Source of the DNA: Cycas panzhihuaensis
Taxonomy: Eukaryota; Plantae; Cycadophyta
Reading direction: 5' to 3'
Length of the DNA stretch: 64,000 nt
Assembly (NCBI GenBank): GCA_023213395.1
Contig: CM041465.1
Location: 49,669,741 to 49,733,740, forward strand
Shown here one piece after another: positions 26,534 to 37,700 of this stretch. The translations under genes were made by a program, and so were the position numbers. The notes beneath the pieces were generated by a model. The model did no database searches. It was not told where the DNA came from and saw only the letters and a list, made by a program, of their open reading frames with translations. The first letter of the stretch is position 1; each line of letters opens with the position of its first letter.

Positions 26534-29483
26534 CATAGTGGATCTGACATCCACTACCTAAGTAAGTTTAAATTTTTGAAAGTATTTCTTAAAATACTGA
26601 ATTTTATTTGAATTGAATAAATGTGATGTTTTTACATGATCCTGGGGCATATTTATACAAATGAGGCACCTCTTATGAGAAGTCACAATTGTTCATAATA
26701 ATTTTATTAATATTTACAATTGGTTGCAAGGTTTATAACAAGTCCCTCCCTTTCGAAATGTTTTATCCTCAAAGCATGGGAAGACTTTGAAAAGTTCTTG
26801 TATTTGCGCATTAGGCTCCTCCTTAGTTGATTTTCAACTTGTTTCTTATTAAATTATTATTTTGTCAATAAGGTTTCCATGGAATATAATTGAGCGATAA
26901 AACTTGCTTGCCCTTGGCTCATCTTTGATGTAGGGGTGTTTTAGATTCAGGCATAGAAATTCCAAAGAATTGGTCGAGTTTTCCATCCCATCAAAAACAA
27001 ATAAAATTTTAGTCATGGTTCAGTGCATAAGTTCCTAGTTCCCTGAGCCATTCAATTCTAAGTACAACATCCATGTTGCCTATGGGAAAGGTGCAATAAC
27101 TAGTGTGAAAGGTGAAAGTATTGATTTGGAGTTGTTGGTTAATGAGCTCCCCATCACAATTTATCTGTCTCCCACTAAGTACGATTATTTGAAAAGTCTT
27201 GGATCTATCAACAAAAAGGCCCAAACGGTTTGCAGCCTTGGTGTCTATGAAATTGTGAGCGCTTCCTAGGTCAATAAGAACAACTATTTTTTCTTTTCCT
27301 AGGAATCCCTATAGCTTGATGGTGTTGGATTGTGGGATGCCTAATATGGCTACTAAAGAGATAGAAGGTTGGCAATCATCAAGAGGTGATATCCCCATAA
27401 GAGGTGTTTAATTGTCAATGATATCAATTTCACCGTTATTAGTGTCTATTGCATAAAGTTGGTTTCGTCGCAAACATACCTTAAGGTGTCCTATAGACTC
27501 CTTTTTGCCACAATACCGACATTTTTCATTCTAAACTACCTTTTTAGGTTTTGAAGTGTGGCCTGTAAGCAAATGTTGATTTCTAGAATCGGTTTGTTGC
27601 CTAGGAGGAATGTATTAGGAGGTTTGTGCTCACTACTTGACCTTAACTTGTCTTGCAAGACTAACGGCTTTCTCTAGTGTAGTAGGTTGAAAACTTTTGA
27701 CTCCAACATCGATGTTAGGTTGTAGGTTAGCTTGGTAGAATTGTATTATTTCTTCATCTGAATCAGTCATTTCGAGTTGGAGTTTCTCAAAGCATTCAAT
27801 GAATTCCCCAACTGATCAATCGTGTTACAAATAATGTGACAACTAGACTTTATAAGGAATAGCATTTGGTCCTTCAATTCGCTTGCACATGGCATCAACA
27901 AAGTCACCCCAAAGAATGTAACCACGATTCAAATACCATTTTTGTGCCCATGTGATGATATGTCCTTTGAAATGGTTAATAACAAATCTAATTTTTTCCA
28001 TTGAAGGCAATAATTTTTAAGATCCTGGAATGCTACTTTGAGTTTGGCAATCCATTCATCAAGATCAATTGTACCTTTGATATTAAACTTAGGAATAATA
28101 AGCTACCTTTTGTATTGAACCATTGCCTAGTTATTGTTATTGCCCAAGTTATTGTGAGACTCAGGAGTTTCGAGTCTAGGATCGTTTTGTCACAACATAA
28201 ATTTTTGGATGTTTTCATTCATTTATTCCATCTACTGTTCAATGGCATTGAGATGGGCATTAATATTATTGTTGGGGTCTCCCTTCTTTGCCATTTTTTG
28301 TTTTTCTTATATTCTATTGTATTGGGTTTTATGGAGCCAGAATAGAGCTCCGAACTCCAATTTGTAGGTTCCTAATGATCTATTAGGATATTCTTTATTT
28401 ATCAAAGTCAAGGTTGTGGACATAAGCTTTACAAGTCAACTTGATTCATTGGTCCTTCACGAAATAGTCTCACCTCTAGAGGTTATATTTCTTTATTAAT
28501 CACTTGTCGTACATTTGTTTTGCAAGCCATTTGTGTTTTGGCCATAGGCCATCAATAATAATGGCAACTATGTTATATATATATATATATTTCACGTATG
28601 ATATGATATATTTTGCGTATGATATGATATATTTTGCGTATGATATATTTTGACCCTACATATGTAGGATCCAAATTCAATAGAAAATGCAAGATAGTTT
28701 GACCTAATGATCAATTGTTATGTTGGCCGATGATGAGCTAGTATACTATTTTTAGTTTGCATGTGGTCAAACGCAGTGGTTACAAATTGATTTCTTCCCA
28801 CTCTTTGACTGACGATTAGTTTGAGAGATTGTGCATCTACTATTTATGGCATTAGCATTTGCATGACTCTGTGACATGATAGAGTTATTTTCCATGGCTC
28901 AGACTGTCTGTTGTAATGTAATCGTGTTAATAGTTGCTTGGTGACAGTTATTTACATTGTATGATATCGTCGCTAGGTTTATTGCATATATATGGCCTCA
29001 TAGGGACGTAAGCAGCTATGTAGAGATATTGGGTTGTATTTTTTTTCAAAATCAATCACTTTTCTGATGGACCATCCATACTTGCCATGGAATTCCTATT
29101 GGGAGGATATGGTTAGCAATGAAGGCAAAGAATGACTCTTGTGCTTCAATCTGCACTAAGTCACCCATTCACAAGGAAGATATATTGCTGGAAATTTTTT
29201 ATTTTAATCACTAATATTTTTTAGTTTGGAATGTGAATTATCTAGTATTGTAGACTAACTTGCTCTAATACCACTTGTAGAGGATCTGACATCCACTACC
29301 TAGGTAAATTTAAAATTTTGAAAGTATTTCTTAAAATATTGAATTTTATTTGAATTGAATGAATGTGATGTTTTTACAAGATTCTGGGGACATATTTATA
29401 CAAATGAGGCACCCTTTATGAGAAGTCACAACTATTCATAATAATTTTATTAATATTTACTATTGATTACAAGGTTTGCAACA
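26534..29483 (-). mobile_element. non-autonomous gypsy G4 (gag plus protease only, TR-GAG-like)
   Basis: LTRs 26534-26740 and 29276-29483; TSD ACTGG/ACTTG; PBS rc 29262-29273; PPT rc ~26741-26753; protease VLIDLGSAHNFID..DVVLRIEWLRELG ~27010-27300; gag remnants 27500-28300; no RT/RH/INT core. Confidence 0.9.
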
Positions 29484-29859
29484 ACTTGTTTCTCGATAGT
29501 AATAACTTGCTTTTTATAGATGTAGCCAATGAGTGTGGTTTATTACATTAGTAAAGATCTTCATGCAATAGTTCACAAAGTGATTGAAATAGTGGATGTG
29601 GCAACCTAATGCTTTGAAAATGCTCATTATCACATCTCACTTTGAAAACATAATGGTTCCACCAATGCAATGAATGTGGTTTGATATAGTAGTCACCTTG
29701 AATTCTTCCAATCCATTCATAAATTAATAAATCAAAATCTACAAGTATATTTCTTTGAACAAAATAAATTGAAGTAACAAGCTCTAAACTATTACTCTCT
29801 TTTCGACCATTCAAACTCCATAGAGATTGTAATGAGTTCCACTTAAGCCTCTTAAACAT
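29484..29859 (-). pseudogene. Harbinger transposase, N-terminal part
   Basis: ORF 29548-29859: YIKPHSLHWWNHYVF..DNEHFQSIRLPHPLFQSLCELLHEDL, then VITIEKQV at the insertion boundary. Confidence 0.85.
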
Positions 29860-31125
29860 GCATTTGCTATTACTTGAATCTTCATTGTCATACCATAACT
29901 ACATTGTCAATTGAACAATTAAAGATACAATTACTAAAGGAACATGAATAGTTTCTTTAAGATCAATCCATTCAATGTTGTTGATCTCTCAAAATCTTCA
30001 ATATCAAAATAATGTATTGATAAAAACTACACACAAAACAAAATAGTCAATTATGCAAGAAACAAAAAGAAATTGAAAATATAATTTAACTATCAATCAC
30101 ACAAATTTAAATATGAATTTTATATGAAATTATAGCTACTTAGGCTATTACTTACTTGTAGCCGAGGAAAGTCGCAAACTTAAAACAATATAAATATAAT
30201 AAAAGTATAAATATATGCAACCAAATAGAAGATATGACAAGTGTATTAATATAATTGTTATTATAGAACTTAAATTTTATACACAAAAATAGGTGTCAAT
30301 TGTTATAAGTAACAACCACAATACCATACTTATTCCATGATTGAGAAAAATCATTTATTTTTTTCAAGGACTCACTAATCTTTAAAATTACTTATCCAAT
30401 TGCATTCAAAATTGAAACCAAGTCAAGTTGTATTTTATCCTTCTATTCCTTTGCATGAATCATCCTTTGTTTATTCTACTCATCCTTGCTCAAATTTGGT
30501 AGGATCTGTTTCGAGTCATTTCATATGCCCCTTCTTAGCTAACTGAAGGTTAGAAATGATCTATTTGTTATTTTAAATCAATGTATTTCAAGACCTATGA
30601 TTTTAGATGTCAATTGCATTTTATTCTTATGGATTGCTTATTTGTTTTATTTAATACACCAATTAAATGGTAGTTCTCATTGTCGTATGCCATCTTAGGT
30701 GGTGTTTTCTCATACATTGTTTCATTTTGTTTACAAGAAGGAGAATTCTTGAGTATTCCATATTTAGTTGAAGATGTATCAACAGTTATGTCTCTAGGAT
30801 CGTGACCAAAACTATTTTCCATTGCATGAAAAATATCTTCAAAATAATTTCTTGACAATTTCTTATCCATCCTCTCTCTAGTTGTCATATTATAAGGGTT
30901 ATCATGTCATAAAGGGATATTTTTGTCATAATCTCAAATCTCCTTGTACTCTAGTCGAATATGCTTCCACTTATTGTGGCATTGGTTGGTAGAATGCATT
31001 ATACCATTGTCTGAGCAATACTTTTCCATGGCTCACCACTTTTCAATGGTTGTTTGAATTTCTCTTACTATACCACTAATAAATTGCATGCCTTTATCCA
31101 CTCATTTTATATCAATTAGAATAAA

Positions 31126-34100
31126 TTTTAGATACAAATTTTCACTAATGTTTAATTCATTAGTGTTGACTAGAATACCCCCTTCATACTCATTTACCAC
31201 TTGAATATTTCATAAATATTATGTTGTAGTGACTATGTAAAGCTATGCAAGTGGGCAAGTTGATATGTATCCTAGTTCACCAAGAGCACACCAAAGTTGA
31301 CTTGTGGAGATCTCACACGTAAGAATATTCTATATGTATGTACATTTTGTAAAATAATAGAACATAAACTTTTCATTTTGTGTTGCACTTGCTATCTTGC
31401 ATCCTCCATTCTGTAAGATGTGGTATCATTGCCATACCACATCCAAGAATTGGTATCAAAGCTAAGAGAGCATGGCTTGATCCCTAGCAAGATCATTCAT
31501 TTAATCATGGAAGTCCTTCATTGAGTGAGTAGTTTCATGGCTAAGAGTTTTTGTCAAAATATCATATGTTATAGTTCCTTTGTAGTAGTTTTTTTTATTG
31601 TAGTGTGGAGGTTTCATGTACTAAACAAGTAGTTATTTTTCAAATTAAATGTTGAAAATGGAATGTGAAGCACTTGAAAATTAGGAGTTGCAAATTTGAA
31701 ACTACAAGGATATCACTACATCAAAAATTAAATACTCACTTATGTGAAGATGAGCATACGGGACTAGCCATCCGAACAACTCATGAAATGGCTAACACTG
31801 GCTATTTTGTTTAAAACGGGAAATGCAGAATACATGTGAATGTATTCCTTTTTCTTTTTCAAGCCAATGCATTCAGTCCATTTAGTTAATCTACTATTTG
31901 CATTTGAATCCTAGGGTTGTTGAATTATTGTGAGTTCTCATCTAATCTCTATGTTTTCTATTAGTCCACATACTAGATGTTGATCCCATTTCTCAAGCAG
32001 TTGTTGTTGTTGTGACTCTCTAGTGTGTGGGATTTACTATTCACTTAGTATCTATGAATATTTTGTCCACTATGTTTGGTATTCCATATTGCCTCTGTCA
32101 TTTGCATCTCTTACCTGATTTCATTTGCATATATACCGGGCTCCTCTCCCCTCTCTTCATTATGTCTCTTTTTCAAGGAACGTATATATCAATCTCATCA
32201 CATTTGTCTATAAGAAGACCCGTGTGTTTCCATTGAAGAATTGCATTGGATTATTGCACTTATATTGTTTAAATCAAATGGAGTGACCATATCACCATCT
32301 TTGTAGCATTTGCATCTCTTACTTGATTTCATTTTCATATGTACCGGGCTCCTCTCACATCTCTTCATTATGTCTCTTTTCCAAGGAACATATATATCAA
32401 TCTCATCACATTTGTCTATAAGAAGACCTGTGTGTTTCCATTGAAGAATTACATTGGATTATTGCACTTATATTGATGAAATCAAACAGAGTGGCCACAT
32501 TACCATCTTTGTAGCATTCACCCACGTACATAGCATCTACCCTTTGTTATCTTGGTTGAATGGTATCTGGGGTTTTGTGGATGGAAGAAGCCTCTAGAGA
32601 TGAGAAGGCCTTGGTGAACTAGTTTGAAGAGAGGTTTTGCAAATGGCATCCTCATTAAGTTTACTGTCTTTGGACCTCTTTGGAGGAGCCTATTATAGAG
32701 CTCGTCACAATGCGCACTTAATGGATGGGCTCCTAGAAACACGTCAAGGGCTTATCCCTCTTTAAGATGCATATCATCATGCCAATGTTATCTATGCCTT
32801 GATTCTATGTGTTGAGAGCCCCTAGCAACACACCAAAGAGTGCAAAGAAATGAAGCCTCCCCTCAAGTATCAGCATGCATTAATTTAAGCTTAGAAGTGC
32901 TTCATTTTTCTCTTTTGATGATTGTGCTTAACATGTGGGTTGGTTGCTTATCCCCACCACTTCAATTAACATGTAGGAAGCTACTTCAATTCACACACAA
33001 GAAGTGCATAGAGGGCAACAAATTTTATGGAAATTTTGATGTGCACTCTTGTTTTTTTTTCTGGAAAAGGTTGATTAAGTTCAAACAGAATGAATATTTT
33101 TTGAAATATGCTACACCCCCCTTACTTCAAGTTGAAGGTCATATGGAATGACAATGCACTCAGGAACCAAACATCAAAAGGCCCAATTTCAAGGATTTTT
33201 TTTATTTGTCATACTCTGTTACATGTTTTCCATTATAACTTTTGCATATGACCTCTAATTTCATTATGTTAGTTACATTGAAATCCCAACTCAATTTCCT
33301 TTAAAATGAATAGTAAAATGACCACTTTTGATTCTGTTTTAAATGTGAAAATTAAGCTTAAAGTTGAGTCTCTTCTCTTTTGAAAGAAGAAAATGCTCAA
33401 ACAAAATGTTTTAAATTGATGCCATGATAGGCCAAATTTAATGTGTTTATGCCAACACCCTGTGTAGTTATTGATGATTGAAACTAAGTCACACAAGTTT
33501 ACTTAAAATTTAAGCTCAAAAGAGGTTAAAATTAGTGTTTTCTAGCACCCTACGAGGTGACTAATGACCTTTCTAAAACATTGTTCTTGATGATGTGGCA
33601 TGTAAGACCTTAGAAAGACTTTGTATTAAGTTGGCCAAATGTTAATAGCCAAAATGTGTGACAAAATTGAAGAAAATTGGCATCAAGGGAGAGTCATATG
33701 AAGATAATTATAGCAGCAAGTGAATGAATACAACGACGGTAAGTGGCAACAACTAGTAGCAAATATCCCTTAGCATATTTTTCCTTCTAAGTATGCTTTG
33801 TCATCTTTTGATATGAGATTCTTTTCAAATCACATGAGTATGATGCATATGAATATGTTTTAATGAAATTCTGCTACATAATGGCACTTTAGAAGCCAAA
33901 TTTATGATTGATGTATGCTGCTTAGCAAAAATTTGATACATTGTTGGCATTGCAACCTCTAGGATATAAAGGAAATCTCCATGCTTGTGGCTTAATTATA
34001 GTTGTTGTTTATAAGGACACCATGTGTTAGAGTCACGTTTGTGTAAACCTCATAAAGTAATTTGTGAGGCCATATAGCCCACTTACATATTTTCAACCAT

Positions 34101-34766
34101 TAGATGTCGAACAAGCTACCATAGTCCCATTAGGCAAGAGGTTGGACATATCTTATGCTACTCTTGCATTTATTTTCTAGCACACTTGATTGGCCACATA
34201 GGACATGTCCTCAAAGCATTGTTGATATATAGTTGATTGAACCACATAACCAAAGAAGCTACTTAGCAAATTAACAATTACAAGGCCGGTTAATATGTTG
34301 TCTAGCAAATGGAGTCTTCTTCATATAGATGTCAGCAAACTTGTTGAAGATTGGAGTAGCTTGAAGCAGCTACAGTAATAAGAAGATGAAGCAGCAAAGT
34401 TAGCAAATCTAAATCAATGAATTAAATATTAAGGGGAGAAATGTTAGGTGTAAAATTTTACTACTATTTAATTCATTAGTATTGACTAAGATCTCCCTTT
34501 CATGCTCATGTACCACTTGAATATTTGATGAATGTTATATCTTAGTGGCTATGTAAAGTTGTGCAAGTGGGCAAGTTGATATGTGTGTCAATCCACCAAG
34601 AACACACCAAAGTTGAATTGTGGAGATCTCACACATGTAAGGATAATATATATGTATATATATTTTGTAAAGTAATAGAACAAAAATTCTTCATTTTATG
34701 TTATATTTGTTGTCTTACATCCTTTGTTCTCCAAGATGTGGTATCATCGCCATACCACATCCAACA
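31126..34766 (+). mobile_element. non-autonomous LTR element N1 (LARD/TRIM-like, probably copia-derived) inserted in the Myb gene
   Basis: LTRs 31126-31448 and 34442-34766; PBS TGGTATCAAAGC 31451-31462; PPT AAGGGGAGAA 34431-34440; degenerate TSD ATAAA/AGAAG; no intact pol domains. Confidence 0.88.
32099..32518. repeat. 208-bp tandem duplication inside N1
   Basis: CATTTGCATCTCTTAC.. starts at 32099 and 32307. Confidence 0.92.
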
Positions 34767-37700
34767 AGAAGGGTGTCTAAAACACTCCAACGAGCTCTAC
34801 TCTTTGTTTGAGGGGGAATATCATGATGCAAAAACCACATACATGATTATAGATTTGTGGCCAAATGTGAGATGAAAGACAAGTATTTGGAATAAGCAAT
34901 GGCGAGTGAGAGAGGTTTGATTTGGAAATCCTACTCTTTATTCATGAAAGTACTACTCGGTTAAGGCTATGAGATCAAATTCTCACCCTTTGGTTGTGTG
35001 GATTTGATCCAAGACTAAGCCAACTAGTCAGGAATGCTAGCAAAGAAAATATGAGCAACTAGAGTAAGACACTTAGATCTTCTAAACATAGGAAAAACAT
35101 AAGCACCGCAATCATCAGACCCAAAGACAGTAGCTAAACCATGTCTACCATTAGATGACAAATAGAAGACGAAAGGAAAGTTTTGGGAATAAAAAATGAG
35201 AGACAAAAATTCAGTTCCCCTTGAAAATTTTGTTCTTTTTATTAAAAATAAAAAAAGTTCTTAAGATCAGTGCACTTCCTAGGATGTTGAAGGCCTCTAC
35301 CTATGCACAACGGTTAAGAATCCATTTGGAATAATAAAAGAATTTCGAAATGGCCATTATTTACTCCTTACCTAATCAAGACAAACTTAATGGCCTCAGT
35401 TCACTCTTCAAAATTTCAAAAATGGCCTCAGTTTTTTCTCTTAGTGACTCTGATAAACTCACTGGACAAAACTATAATGCATGGAAGTTAAAAATGCAAG
35501 GTCTTTTAATGGCTAAAAGTACATGAAATATTGTCATTGGAAAGGAAACAAAACCAACTAATATAATCTCTCTAAGAGAACACTTGTACAAACTCCAATT
35601 AAAGAAAGGATAATTTGTCTCAAATTTTATTACCAAAATAGTAGAAGTTAAAGACAATTTGGCCTCTACAGGAGAAACAGTGTCTGATTTTGAAATTGTC
35701 TGTCTTACACTCAATAAACTTCCAAAATCCTCTAATACTATGGTAAATACTCTTATTGTTGGTGAACATGCTACTAGCATGTCTTTTGAAACTTTAATAC
35801 GACATATGTTACAGTAGGAACAAAGAATTAAAAGATATAAAGAGGAGGCTGAAATTGAAAAAGCCTTCATTTCAAAGCTGAGAATAGATGGCAAAGGTCA
35901 TTCTAAAAGCATTCTAAGAGGAAGAGGCAGGTTTGCTAAAGGAAGGACATTAGAAGGAAGAGTCAGGTCTATATTATCAAATTCCAGACCTTACTATCAT
36001 TATGATAGATATGGACATTTTTCCAGTGATAGCAGATTTTGTAATCCACCAACTTGCTATCATTGTGGACGAGTAGAACATTTTTCTAACCATTGTCCTC
36101 AAAGGCATGCAGAAATTCAAAGAGGGTAAAGTGTTGAAGGAAACTATAACAATGAACAAACCAAAGAAGACAAAGATGAAATCACCTTTATCACAACCTT
36201 AACCAAACTTACTCATAGTAATGAAGACTAGTATATAGATTCTAGAGCATCCAATCACATGTCGGGTAGAGGCGACTAGTTTGAGACACTCCAACCATAC
36301 CCTCTCAACAAAACAATTGAACTTAGTTGAGTTTCCTTTAACATAAAAGGAAAGGGAACAATTACAATCCTAATTAACAATAAAGTTAAAAAAAATTGGC
36401 GATGTTATATGTCCTAGGATTAAAGAAAAATCTTTTGTCAGTATCTCAACTAAAAAAGAGGTTTTGTGTTGTCTTTGTTGAAGATGGAAGATGCTACAGC
36501 CATGATATGAAGAAAAATGGTGTTGTAATAGCATAAGGGATAGAAACTAACAACTTGTATAAGTTAGTCTCTACTCCTATCCTACCTCCTGCTATAAAAT
36601 CTTTTGTTATTAACAAAAGTATTAATGAAATGTGGCATTCAAAATACAGACATATTGCAAATAGGTGGTTTGAATGTTTGAAAAAAACAAATATATCTTT
36701 TAATCCATTCATATGTCTTTTAATCCATTCATATGCAAAAGTTGCATAATTTGAAAACAACATCAAACCCTATTTTTAAAAAGTATATGGAAAGCACAAA
36801 AGAAGTTAGAGTTAGTTCATACAAATTTGTGCGGTCCAATCACACCAAATTCAATTAATGGTGCAGTATATTTTCTTACCTTTATTGATGACTTCTCCTA
36901 AAAAACTTGGGTATATTTCTTCTTCAACAAATCAAAGGTTTTAGATCATTTTAAAGAATTCAAAGCTCAAGTGGAGTTAGAAAGTGAATGCAAAATTAAA
37001 ATTCTCAGGTCTGATGGAGGGGGAAAATATATTTCAAATGATTTCTATCATTTTTGTAAATTGAATGGAATACAAAGACAAGTCGCAACTCCTTATACAC
37101 CTCAGTCAAATGGAGTATTGAACAAATAAATAGAATAATAATGGAGATGGCTTGATGCATGATAAACGAAAAAGCAATGACAAAAGTCTATTGGGTTGAA
37201 GCAGTCAACACATTCGTATATCTTATCAATAGGAGTTCTACTCAAGTCCTTGATAAAATCACTCCTAAAAAAGCCTGGACGAGAAAAAAGGCAGTCGTAG
37301 GTCATCTCAAAATCTTTGGAAGTAAAGCTTATGTTTATATTCCTAACAAAAAAGAACTAAGCTAGATGACAAAAGTATAGGATGCATTATGATTGGATAC
37401 AATAATAAATCTAAAGCATATAGATGCATAAACCCGAAAATAAACAAGGTTTATGTTAGTAGAGATATAACATTTGATGAAAATGTATCCAAAGAAGATC
37501 AGGAAGGGAAAATTATTCAAAAACAAATTAAAGAAAATGCAAAAGTGCTCACTCCAGTAGAGGAAATATCTAAAGTGACTACTATAGAAGGAAATATCTC
37601 AAAAAGCGAGCTCCAAGGAGAAAATAAGCAGGATATTTCTAAAAGCAAGCTCTAAGGAGAAAATGAGCAGGATATTTCTGAAGAAGTGCAAGATCCATCT

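Larger units (their letters stand above)
13018..34840 (-). mobile_element. PIF/Harbinger DNA transposon relic (Myb/trihelix ORF plus DDE transposase), split by nested LTR insertions; termini not identified
   Basis: Pieces 13018-13568, 26083-26533, 29484-31125 and 34767-34840 re-join in frame at degenerate 5-bp TSDs. Confidence 0.85.
30350..34840 (-). pseudogene. trihelix-type Myb/SANT DNA-binding gene (Harbinger ORF1 equivalent), interrupted at 31126-34766
   Basis: Rejoined: MWFLHHDIPPQTKSRARWSVLDT(L/F)ILIDIK*..EKW*AMEKYCSDNGIMHSTNQCHNKWKHIRLEYKEI*DYD..PYNMTTRERMDKKLSRNYFEDIFHAM; in frame with ORF 30610-30888. Confidence 0.85.

Noticed and set aside
12460-35050. Harbinger TIRs and TAA/TTA TSD
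   Set aside because: Candidates (GGGCC at ~12627, TTAAGGCT at ~34961) do not form a convincing inverted pair; boundaries left undefined.
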